A stretch of DNA of 64,000 nt from Candidatus Nanoarchaeia archaeon (GTDB lineage: Archaea > Nanobdellota > Nanobdellia > SCGC-AAA011-G17 > JACPNG01): positions 21,812-85,811 of the forward strand of contig JAQTMK010000002.1 in NCBI GenBank assembly GCA_028714375.1, written 5' to 3'. Positions 37,741 to 46,416 of this stretch are shown here, piece after piece. The notes below the pieces were generated by a model, which worked only from the letters and a program-made list of their open reading frames with translations, was not told where the DNA came from and did no database searches. Both the position numbers and the translations under genes were made by a program. Within the stretch, counting starts at the first letter, position 1; every line of letters starts with the position of its first letter.

Positions 37741-38445
37741 ACTAATATCTTTGCTCTCACTAAAATGAAATGCTTTTTTTCTTAACAAACAATTATGACA
37801 TTTCCCACAATGGATTGGGAGATTACCTCTAAAACCGCCACCATTATAACAACTGTAAGTATATTGCCATGGAACTTTTAATTTACTTCCAATTTCAACA
37901 ACCTCTGGTTTATCTTTGTCAATAAAAGGAGCTAAAAATTTATATCCTCCATGAAATGTAGCTTCCTCACTTAGTAAATTTAATTTCTTTAAAAATTCAG
38001 GAGTTGTATCTTTCAGTTGAACCTGTCCTTCGTCTTTTATTCCAAGATAAACATCCCATCTTTCCTTTGTTGAGATAAACAAAGATTCAGCATGGCTTAA
38101 TCCAACCAAACCAAAAATAGCATTCCTGCATGGAACCCAGTATAATATCTCATGTTCCTGTTCTTTTTTAATATCTTTTAAATCTTCATCCCTGACATCC
38201 GGTAGTTTATCTTTTCTGTTAATCAAAGATGTGCTAATTTTTCCAAGCCATTCCAGGTTAATTTCTTTGAATTCAGCATTTAATTCATAAGCTATTTTTT
38301 TAACACAAAATCTTTCTTCTTCAAGTGGTTTTTGACCATAATTAAAGAATAATAATATCATTTTTTTAGGATTCATAGATTTAACTTTATATGCAACAGC
38401 CACACTATCAAGTCCTCCCGAACACAAAATAATTGCATTATTCAT
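37726..38445 (-). CDS. queC: QueC-like PP-loop ATPase (7-cyano-7-deazaguanine synthase family)
   Basis: PP-loop ILCSGGLDS near the N-terminus and a C-terminal zinc-binding cluster CYNGGGFRGNLPIHCGKCHNCLLRKKAF, as in QueC. Confidence 0.7.
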   Translation of the reverse strand: MNNAIILCSGGLDSVAVAYKVKSMNPKKMILLFFNYGQKPLEEERFCVKKIAYELNAEFKEINLEWLGKISTSLINRKDKLPDVRDEDLKDIKKEQEHEILYWVPCRNAIFGLVGLSHAESLFISTKERWDVYLGIKDEGQVQLKDTTPEFLKKLNLLSEEATFHGGYKFLAPFIDKDKPEVVEIGSKLKVPWQYTYSCYNGGGFRGNLPIHCGKCHNCLLRKKAFHFSESKDISLYLS

Positions 38446-38497
38446 GTTTATTCTGGAACAGAAAAAACCTTATAAATCTATACCCTAACCAAATTAG

Positions 38498-38692
38498 ATG
38501 GAAAAAGAGCTTAAAGACTTAAAACCTGGAGAAAAAATCAATCTTGAAGGAAATAACTATATTGTAAAAGAAATTGAAGTGTCAAATATAGGGAAACACG
38601 GAAGATCAAAGTGCAGGTTAGTTGTTATTACTTCAAAAAAAGAAGAAAAAATTTTAGTAAGACTTTCTGACATGAAAGCAGAACTAATATGA
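38498..38692 (+). CDS. Stand-alone aIF5A-like N-terminal (KOW/SH3-like) domain mini-protein (64 aa)
   Basis: LKPGEKINLEGNNYIVKEIEVSNIGKHGRSKCRLVV parallels the aIF5A/eIF5A N-domain including the hypusine-loop consensus GKHG.aK. The C-terminal OB domain is absent. Confidence 0.5.
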   Translation: MEKELKDLKPGEKINLEGNNYIVKEIEVSNIGKHGRSKCRLVVITSKKEEKILVRLSDMKAELI

Positions 38693-39600
38693 TCCATATT
38701 ATTATAGCTTCTTATAATGAGCCAAAATCAACAGAAAAAGCAGTTAATGCATTTCTTAATCAGAATATTCCAAAACCTTTTGAAATCATAGTTTCAGATC
38801 CTTTCCCAGAAGTTGAAGAATATTTGGTTGACAAATTTAGTAAAAAAATAAGATTTTTCCAGGATCCTGATGAAGGTAAATCCTTTGCTTTAAATATGAT
38901 TCTTGAAGAGATTTATTCTGAAAACAAAAACGATATTATTATTTTCACAGATGGGGATGTTTATATTTCAGAAAACGCTGTAAAAGAGATTTTGGATAAA
39001 TTCAAAAACCCGGAAATTGGTTTGGTTTGCGGTCATCCTGTTTCTTTAAATTCAAGAAATGAAAAATATGGTTATTATTCTCATTTATTTTTTGATGAGA
39101 TGAATTTAACTAGAAAAAAACTAAGTGAAAAAAAAGAGTTCTTTGAAGTCTCCGGCTATTTATTCGCAATAAGAAATGGCATAATAAAAAATTTCCCAGT
39201 GGAAAGTTCAGAAGATAATATTATTCCAATTCTATTATGGAACAAAGGATACAAACTAAGTTACGCTGAAGAAGCAAAAGTCTATGTTTTAAATCCCCAG
39301 AATGAAAAAGACTGGCTAACTCAGAAAAAAAGAAACATAAAAGGTCATCTTGCTTTGGAAAAATTAGTTGATAAGATACCTAAAAGAAAAAATACCTTCT
39401 TGCAGGAAGCTTTTAGGGGTTTTAAGATTATGTTCAGGCACCCAAAAAATTTTAAAGAATTTTTCTGGTTGATTAACTCTGCATTTCTAAGACTAAAAGC
39501 CTGGAAGCTGGCTAAAAAAGACTTGAAAAAAGGGAAAGAATACAAAGACGGCTGGCGTGGTTATGAAGGAACTACAGATTCAACCAAACCATTGGATTAG
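38689..39600 (+). CDS. GT2 (GT-A fold) glycosyltransferase
   Basis: HIIIASYNEPKSTEKAVNAFLNQ ... IIFTDGDVY (DxD). ATGA overlap with the upstream mini-ORF. Confidence 0.75.
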   Translation: MIHIIIASYNEPKSTEKAVNAFLNQNIPKPFEIIVSDPFPEVEEYLVDKFSKKIRFFQDPDEGKSFALNMILEEIYSENKNDIIIFTDGDVYISENAVKEILDKFKNPEIGLVCGHPVSLNSRNEKYGYYSHLFFDEMNLTRKKLSEKKEFFEVSGYLFAIRNGIIKNFPVESSEDNIIPILLWNKGYKLSYAEEAKVYVLNPQNEKDWLTQKKRNIKGHLALEKLVDKIPKRKNTFLQEAFRGFKIMFRHPKNFKEFFWLINSAFLRLKAWKLAKKDLKKGKEYKDGWRGYEGTTDSTKPLD

Positions 39601-39636
39601 ATAAATACTTATAAACTGAAATTATCTATCAAAAAT

Positions 39637-40008
39637 ATGGATACATTAGAAGAAAAAATTAAGGGAGCTATAGAAAAAGAGTTACTTAAAGCGATCACCA
39701 ATCCAAAAGCTCGATTAAAAGATCGTCTAGACGCAGTCGACCAAATAAATAACTTTAAATTAGATGAATATGATCAGTCCAGTTTGATTATTAAAGCGAT
39801 CAAGAAGATGATGGGTTATGAGCCAAGAAAATTATTTTATAGATTACCCACCCCAAATAACCAAGAAGTAATTTATAAACTTATAAGAGATGGGATTCAT
39901 AAAATTGAACCACCTATACGCGCTAATACTGCTGATACGATCCTAGAATTGTATCCTAAAGGTTCATATCCCTATGATATGGCATTCAGTTGCTATTTTG
40001 ATGATTAA
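39637..40008 (+). CDS. Hypothetical cytoplasmic protein
   Basis: Clean ORF, no recognisable motif. Confidence 0.35.
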   Translation: MDTLEEKIKGAIEKELLKAITNPKARLKDRLDAVDQINNFKLDEYDQSSLIIKAIKKMMGYEPRKLFYRLPTPNNQEVIYKLIRDGIHKIEPPIRANTADTILELYPKGSYPYDMAFSCYFDD

Positions 40009-40402
40009 TTTTTTTCTTTAATTCCGTCTTCAACTCATCCAAATTCTCAACTAATTTAACAGAATTCAAAACCATAACACAAACTCTGTCAAACTGGTTT
40101 AGACTAGTCTTGTCTTCAACCAACCCAATAACCGGAATGTTTTTAGCATAAGCATAACCAATTTCCCATGCAGTTCCACTTCCAATCCCTTTCCAATCTA
40201 AGATAGCTATCATCAATCCACATGAATCTATTACTTTAGAATCCTTAATAAAAAAAGGCTTAGAATCCCCTTTGGTAAAAACTCCAACATCTCTGTGAGG
40301 CAAAAAAGTATCAAAACCTAGCTCCTTACATATCTTATCAATTTTCTCAAGCTTTTTCCTTTGTTTTTCTTCCCATAAAGGCCCAGCTACGTAAATTTTC
40401 AT
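39986..40402 (-). CDS. Nucleoside 2-deoxyribosyltransferase-like (NDT/PF05014-like) protein
   Basis: MKIYVAGPLW at the proposed start (an internal Met of the ORF-track frame) and GTAWEIGYAYAKNIPVIGL match the NDT-family motifs. Confidence 0.55.
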   Translation of the reverse strand: MKIYVAGPLWEEKQRKKLEKIDKICKELGFDTFLPHRDVGVFTKGDSKPFFIKDSKVIDSCGLMIAILDWKGIGSGTAWEIGYAYAKNIPVIGLVEDKTSLNQFDRVCVMVLNSVKLVENLDELKTELKKKINHQNSN

Positions 40403-40453
40403 AGTATAACCCTTCATATAAAACCTTATAAATCTTATGTATACTAAAAAAGT

Positions 40454-41569
40454 ATGCAATTTAAATGGAATAAAAACTGTAAGGAATTCACCGCTTATGG
40501 CGGTTTTGCCTGCGATTTAATCAAAACAGAAGGCTACAAATCCTGTGAAGAGTGCAAATTCTATGACCCTTACTCAGAAAAGATATTAATAATAAAACTT
40601 GGAGCAATTGGAGATGTGATAAGAACAACTCCAATACTTACCGCACTAAGAAGAAAATATGAAAACCCCCAGATAATCTGGCTTGTAAAAGAGGAATCCA
40701 TAGATGCATTAAAAAATAATTATTTAATAGATAAAATCTACATCTATAATCAAGAAACTCTATTAAAATTAAAATATGAAAAGTTTGATATTTTATATTC
40801 TCTGGAAACAGATATGCCTGGAACTGCAATAGCCAATGAAATAAAAGCAGACAAAAAATATGGATTCTATCTAGATGAGTTTGGACAGCCTTCTGCATTC
40901 AATAAAGAAGCAGAATTTATAATTGAAAAGGCATTGTCAGATTATCTTAATAAAAATAATAGAAAAACCTATCAGCAATATATTTTTGAAGCATCACATC
41001 TGCCATTTACAAACGAAGAGCCAATTCTAAACCTAAGTGAACATCAGAGGTTCTTTGCTTCAGAATTCCTTCACAAGAATAATCTAAGAAAAGAAGATAA
41101 GATTCTAGGTATTCACATTGGTGGCGGAGGAAAAAGATGGCCTTCAAAAGTCTGGCACAAAGATGAAGTATTAAAATTTATAAGATTATTAAAAGATAAA
41201 TACAAAGTTATAATTTTCTCAAGTACCCAGGAAAAAGAAATTCAAAAAGAATTAATTAACAATCCAGAAATAAAAAATTATGTTTACCCAAATAACCCAG
41301 AAAATTCTTTAGGAGAATTTATTGCAGTAGCAAACTTATGTGAAACAATAGTAACTGGAGACAGTATGGCTTTGCATGTTTCAACTGCTCTAAAGAAAAA
41401 AACAATAGCATTGTTCTTCTGCACTCCAGACTGGGAAATAGAAACTTATGGAAGAGTTAAAAAGTTAGTTTCTCCTTTATTGATGAAGTATTTCTTCACA
41501 GATCAATACCATGAAGATTTAGTAAAAAGTATTACAGCAGAACAAGTCTATAGTAAATTAGAACAATAA
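40454..41569 (+). CDS. GT9 glycosyltransferase (heptosyltransferase-like) with an N-terminal Cys-rich extension
   Basis: ILIIKLGAIGDVIRTTPILTALRRKYENPQIIWLV (GT9 signature), C-terminal GDSMALHVSTAL block, and N-terminal CDLIKTEGYKSCEECKFY. Confidence 0.75.
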   Translation: MQFKWNKNCKEFTAYGGFACDLIKTEGYKSCEECKFYDPYSEKILIIKLGAIGDVIRTTPILTALRRKYENPQIIWLVKEESIDALKNNYLIDKIYIYNQETLLKLKYEKFDILYSLETDMPGTAIANEIKADKKYGFYLDEFGQPSAFNKEAEFIIEKALSDYLNKNNRKTYQQYIFEASHLPFTNEEPILNLSEHQRFFASEFLHKNNLRKEDKILGIHIGGGGKRWPSKVWHKDEVLKFIRLLKDKYKVIIFSSTQEKEIQKELINNPEIKNYVYPNNPENSLGEFIAVANLCETIVTGDSMALHVSTALKKKTIALFFCTPDWEIETYGRVKKLVSPLLMKYFFTDQYHEDLVKSITAEQVYSKLEQ

Positions 41570-41600
41570 ACTTCTTAAATAAAAAAACTTCTTAAAACTT

Positions 41601-43316
41601 ATGTCTGAGGAAAATCTTCTAAAAGAAAAGTTTAAAGAAATAAAAAATGATAAATTAATCTTTATTCTGTTAGTTATTGTGATTATTCTGGGTATCTTTA
41701 CCAGAGTTCAGGATACTTCTGGAATCAGTTACTGGGGGGATGATGAATCAACTATCCCAGTTGGATTATTATTTTTTTATCCCCATACATATTTTCCAGG
41801 ACTTTCTGGAGTGTCAGAACCCCCACTAGGAAATCTTATTATTGCATCTGGATGCATGTTATCTGGAGAAGATTTCTCCAAAGTTACGGAGATTCAACCT
41901 TCATTTTATCCTGGAAGAGAACTACTCCTGGGAGAGCCTTTAATTAATGCGCAGGATTATTGCCATGCCCCCATAATCCTTTTCGGAATCCTCTTTTTCT
42001 TAGCCGTTATAGTTATTGCAATTTTATTGTTAAACCGATACTCTGCAATTTATGTAATTTCATTTTTTGCATTTTTGCCTGAATTATTAACATATTCAAG
42101 ATATATTCACACAGATATAATTTATATGACATTCTCAGCAATAGGTTTGATCTTCCTGTTCCTTTTCTTTAAATCAGAAAAACAAACCAAAAAAGAAAAA
42201 CTATTTTTAATTCTTTCAGTTTCTTTTTTTGGATTAGCCTCTGCAACTAAGTTTCCAGGATTGGGTTTTATAGCTTTTGCAGGGATAATCTTCCTAATAA
42301 AATTCTGGGATGAGATAAAAACAACTTCTAATGAAAAAATAAAACCCTTGGTAATTTTTGCCATAGAATCAATAATTGCATTTTTATTCTTCTTTTTATT
42401 GCCATTCCAGCTAAATCCAAAAAATCTGATAGATGTGTTAAAATCATATTCTACTGTGTATAGTGATGTCTCAGGTTTTACATTTGGTAGTTTATTTTTT
42501 AAGAATATTTACAATTTATTTTTGAACGTCAATATTCTAGACCTTATCCTGCTGATCGTTTCAATTTACATAATATATAAATTAATAAAAAATAAAGAAA
42601 AAACAAAGGAAGAAAAATTTATTATTTATCTTTCAAGCTGGTTTATCCTCCTAAGTTTCTTTTCATATGCATTAAAATTATTCAGAATATCTATCCCATT
42701 CCTAATGGGAGTAATGTGTTTGGTATCTTTGGTATTTTCAAATAAATATTATCCATTAAAGAAAAACCGAAAATTAATTTTTGGTATTTTTATAATCATT
42801 TATTTGTTATTCTCAGTATTTAGTTCCCTATCAAACAGTCCAACATTCTTAAATAAGAATTCATTGGTATGCTCTATAAGTCCGGATGAAAGTTCATGCA
42901 ATCCAAATCCTATGAATCATGCTGCAAGACAGATTTCAGACTATCTAAAACCAATACTTAAAGAAGAAGATACATTTATTCCAATCACTCCGGTAACCCT
43001 TACTTATTATCTGAATCGTGGAGAATCTCTTTATAATCTACAATTTAATTCTCAGTTCGAACAGCAGTTTAAAAAATCTGCAGACTTAGCAGATTATATT
43101 GCCTACTATCACCCAGGGAATAAATCAGTAAGGTTTGTTATTATAAATCCAAATCGTCTACCAGAACAAAAAGGATTCTACAGTTTATATCAGGAGTTCA
43201 CTCCAACCAAAATAATCAAACTTGCAGGCAAAGATGCAGTTTATATTTATGATTTAAAGAATTTATCTAAAAAAGACATTGGGATAAATACAGCACCTGG
43301 TACAAACACTATTTAA
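41601..43316 (+). CDS. Large polytopic membrane protein, probable GT-C-fold glycosyltransferase
   Basis: At least 12 TM segments, an acidic first-loop motif YWGDDEST, and a large C-terminal extracytoplasmic domain. Architecture is like ArnT/PMT/AglB-type transferases. Confidence 0.45.
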   Translation: MSEENLLKEKFKEIKNDKLIFILLVIVIILGIFTRVQDTSGISYWGDDESTIPVGLLFFYPHTYFPGLSGVSEPPLGNLIIASGCMLSGEDFSKVTEIQPSFYPGRELLLGEPLINAQDYCHAPIILFGILFFLAVIVIAILLLNRYSAIYVISFFAFLPELLTYSRYIHTDIIYMTFSAIGLIFLFLFFKSEKQTKKEKLFLILSVSFFGLASATKFPGLGFIAFAGIIFLIKFWDEIKTTSNEKIKPLVIFAIESIIAFLFFFLLPFQLNPKNLIDVLKSYSTVYSDVSGFTFGSLFFKNIYNLFLNVNILDLILLIVSIYIIYKLIKNKEKTKEEKFIIYLSSWFILLSFFSYALKLFRISIPFLMGVMCLVSLVFSNKYYPLKKNRKLIFGIFIIIYLLFSVFSSLSNSPTFLNKNSLVCSISPDESSCNPNPMNHAARQISDYLKPILKEEDTFIPITPVTLTYYLNRGESLYNLQFNSQFEQQFKKSADLADYIAYYHPGNKSVRFVIINPNRLPEQKGFYSLYQEFTPTKIIKLAGKDAVYIYDLKNLSKKDIGINTAPGTNTI

Positions 43317-44324
43317 TTTTTTACCATTAAATAATTTTCTTGTGTTCTTCATATTTTGACTATTCCAGATTTGTTTGATTTTTTTATCCTTCACATTGCC
43401 AGCAGAATCCCTTAACATTGTACATGGGAATATTTCCCCATAACTGTCAACTAACAAACTTCCCCATAATATTGAACAGGGTTGAACTTCATTATATAAT
43501 CTTAATCCTAAATGAACTTCATTGGTTTCAGCCTCTTTTTTAAGATCAGAAATAACATTCCAAAATTCATCTTTCTCTTCCTTTGGAATTAAAAGTTCCT
43601 GAGGCAAAATCCACTGACTTGGACAAACATCTCGGTTATAAATTCCGTCTACATAATTTTTTATCTCAGGAGTTAAAACCGTAATATACTGGGCATCATA
43701 CTCCCTAATCTCCATTTTTTTCATTAAAGCAGGCATTTCCTTAAGGTGCTTATAATTTAGATTGGAAATAACAGTATTGACTCTCAGGAATGGTTTATCA
43801 AGATTTAATTCTTTTTTATACCTATTTATCATTTCATTTGCTTTCATAACTTTTTCAAAACTTCCGCTAACACCTCTGATGTCATCATGTATTTCAGCAG
43901 TAGGAGCATCTAATGAAAAACATAATTCATCTAATCCAGATTCAACAATCTGTTTAGCCATTTTTTCATTAATCATAAAAGCATTTGTAGTTATTGTAGT
44001 AAAAAATTTCAGTCTTTTAGCAACTTTGATATAATCAAAAATAGATTTTTCCAAGAAAGGTTCTCCTCCGCAAAACATCAAAGTTTTTGTCAAAGGATTC
44101 CATTTCCTTATATCTTGAATAACCTGAACTATTTCAGAATCAGTCAATAATTTTTTGTTTTCAGTATGTTTAGAAAGACCATCTTTCCATAGATTACATT
44201 GTTTGCATTTTAAGCAGCATCTTTCATTGACTTCAATTACAGCATAAAATGGTGGTGTAAAAGCCCTGTCTGTAAATGTCAGTAACTGAAATCCCTTTTC
44301 CATAAGTTTCCTTACTTTTGGCAT
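43263..44324 (-). CDS. Radical SAM enzyme with a C-terminal SPASM domain
   Basis: AVIEVNERCCLKCKQCNLW (CxxxCxxC), GGEPFL, and C-terminal Cys clusters (CSILWG...FPCTML...CTRCCIYPN) typical of SPASM auxiliary Fe-S sites. Confidence 0.8.
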   Translation of the reverse strand: MPKVRKLMEKGFQLLTFTDRAFTPPFYAVIEVNERCCLKCKQCNLWKDGLSKHTENKKLLTDSEIVQVIQDIRKWNPLTKTLMFCGGEPFLEKSIFDYIKVAKRLKFFTTITTNAFMINEKMAKQIVESGLDELCFSLDAPTAEIHDDIRGVSGSFEKVMKANEMINRYKKELNLDKPFLRVNTVISNLNYKHLKEMPALMKKMEIREYDAQYITVLTPEIKNYVDGIYNRDVCPSQWILPQELLIPKEEKDEFWNVISDLKKEAETNEVHLGLRLYNEVQPCSILWGSLLVDSYGEIFPCTMLRDSAGNVKDKKIKQIWNSQNMKNTRKLFNGKKLNSVCTRCCIYPNVFFR

Positions 44325-44425
44325 AAAACCTTAACCAAATTTTGATTTAAATAATTATCTTATATTAAAACCTATCAACAAGAGTATAGAAAACTATAAA
44401 TAACCTCAAAAAGAGCATTTACTAA

Positions 44426-45100
44426 ATGAAAACTTCAGTAATATTCTTAACTTTAAACGAAGAAGCTTCTTTGGAAGAAATGTACAACCAAATGCCAAAC
44501 AAACAAGATATTTACGAATTTCTATTAGTAGATGGCGGTTCTAAAGATAAAACTCTAGAAATAGCTAAAAGATTAGGAATGAAAATAGTAAACCAAAAAG
44601 AAACCGGAAGAGGAAGAGGTTTCTATGAAGGAATGAAAGCAGCAAAAGGGGATATTCTAATTTTTTTCAGTCCAGATGGAAACGAAGACCCAAGAGAAAT
44701 ACCTTTAATGATTAAAAAAATAGAAGAAGGTTATGATATGGTTATTGCTTCAAGATTCATGAAACAATCAGCAAGTCATGATGTTACATTCATAAGAAGA
44801 ATAGGAAACAGAAGTTATGCAATACTAACAAACTTAGTTTTTGGAACAAGATTAAAAGATGCGGTAAATGGTTTCAGGGCAATAAGAAAAGATATAATGG
44901 AAAGATTAAATCTGGAAGCAAAAAGATTTGACATAGAGATGGAAATGACAACAAAAGTCTTAAAACTAAAAGGAAAAATAATAGAAGTTCCAACAACAGA
45001 ACCAAAAAGAATTGAAGGTAGGTCAAGATTAAGAACCTTTTACGATGGTTATTTAATATATAAAAGATTTTTAAAATCATTAAAATACAAAGAAATATGA
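44426..45100 (+). CDS. GT2 glycosyltransferase, dolichyl-phosphate sugar synthase-like
   Basis: VIFLTLNEEASL ... LLVDGGSKDKTLEIAKRLG ... SPDGNEDP (DxD). Confidence 0.8.
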   Translation: MKTSVIFLTLNEEASLEEMYNQMPNKQDIYEFLLVDGGSKDKTLEIAKRLGMKIVNQKETGRGRGFYEGMKAAKGDILIFFSPDGNEDPREIPLMIKKIEEGYDMVIASRFMKQSASHDVTFIRRIGNRSYAILTNLVFGTRLKDAVNGFRAIRKDIMERLNLEAKRFDIEMEMTTKVLKLKGKIIEVPTTEPKRIEGRSRLRTFYDGYLIYKRFLKSLKYKEI

Positions 45101-46416
45101 AATGCCTGTTTTTAAACCCACCAAACAAGGAAAAATTTGTAAAAGAAGGTAGATGCCAGCACGAAGCTAGTTTCTTCTCTGCATTATACCCTCCAATAAC
45201 TTTGGCAATTTGTGCACAGATAGCAAAAGATAGTTCTCATGAAGTTGATTTCATAGATGCAATTGCAGGCAATATCACAATAGAGGATTTCCTGGAAAAC
45301 ATAAAAGAATATGATTTTATACTGGTGGATATAACAACACCGACATTCATTAACGATGCAAACATAATAAAAAAGATAAAAGAAAAATATCCAAAAACAT
45401 TTATAGCGATTTATGGATTCCATGCAAATTATGATCCAAAAAGATCTCTGAAAGAAAGCAACGCAGATGCAGTTTTAGTAGGAGAACCAGAAGCCCATAT
45501 CCAAGACTTCCTAAAGAATCCAAAAAAAGGTGTAACAGAAAAAAAAGAAGTTGAAGATTTAGACAGTTTACCTTTTCCTGCAAGGGATTTAATGTCTTTG
45601 GAAAAGTACAGGCTGGCAAATACAGGCCAGAAATTCACAACAATAGTTACAGGGAGAGGCTGTCCATTTAATTGTTCCTTCTGTGTTGTTCCGTTTAATT
45701 ACGGAAGAAAAGCAAGACTAAGAAGTCCTGAAATAATTGTAAAAGAAATCAAAGAATGTGTTGAAAAATATAATATTAAAAATTTCTGGTTGAACAATGA
45801 TACTTTCACAATAAAAAAAGATCAGGTTATGGAATTATGCAATTTAATAGAAAAACACAAACTAAAAATAAATTGGATGAGCAATTCAAGAGTTGATACT
45901 GTAGACTTGGAAATGTTCCAGGCAATGAAAAAATCCGGATGTTGGTTATTATCATTTGGAATAGAGTCAGGAAATCCTGAAATATTAAAGAACATAAACA
46001 AAAATATCACGTTGGATAAAGTTCAAAACACCATCAAGAATGCAAAAAAAGCAAAATTACTAACCATGGCTCATTATGTTTTGGGTTTACCAGGAGAAAC
46101 CGAACAAACAATTGATAATACAATTAACTTTGCAATCAAATTAGATTCTGATTTTGCTGATTTTTTTATCTTAACTCCATTCCCTGGAGCTAAAATTTAT
46201 GAAGACTTTAAGAAAGAAGGAATATTAGAAATAGAAAACTGGGATTCATACAGATATGCTCAAAAGATATTTAAAACAGAGCTTCCTTTAGAAAAATATC
46301 AAAAACAGGCCTACAGAAAGTTTTATTTAAGGCCAAAAAAGATAATACCTATATTAAAAATTGTTAAACCTGGAGCAATCTCAAGTATGTTCAGGTTCTT
46401 AAAAATACTAAAATGA
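45097..46416 (+). CDS. B12-binding-domain radical SAM enzyme
   Basis: N-terminal B12-like domain and GRGCPFNCSFCVVPF. ATGA overlaps with both the upstream GT2 and the downstream GT-C gene. Confidence 0.85.
   Translation: MKCLFLNPPNKEKFVKEGRCQHEASFFSALYPPITLAICAQIAKDSSHEVDFIDAIAGNITIEDFLENIKEYDFILVDITTPTFINDANIIKKIKEKYPKTFIAIYGFHANYDPKRSLKESNADAVLVGEPEAHIQDFLKNPKKGVTEKKEVEDLDSLPFPARDLMSLEKYRLANTGQKFTTIVTGRGCPFNCSFCVVPFNYGRKARLRSPEIIVKEIKECVEKYNIKNFWLNNDTFTIKKDQVMELCNLIEKHKLKINWMSNSRVDTVDLEMFQAMKKSGCWLLSFGIESGNPEILKNINKNITLDKVQNTIKNAKKAKLLTMAHYVLGLPGETEQTIDNTINFAIKLDSDFADFFILTPFPGAKIYEDFKKEGILEIENWDSYRYAQKIFKTELPLEKYQKQAYRKFYLRPKKIIPILKIVKPGAISSMFRFLKILK

Noticed and set aside
45184-46010. Multiple short minus-strand ORFs
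   Set aside because: All are contained antisense within the B12-radical SAM gene at 45097-46416.
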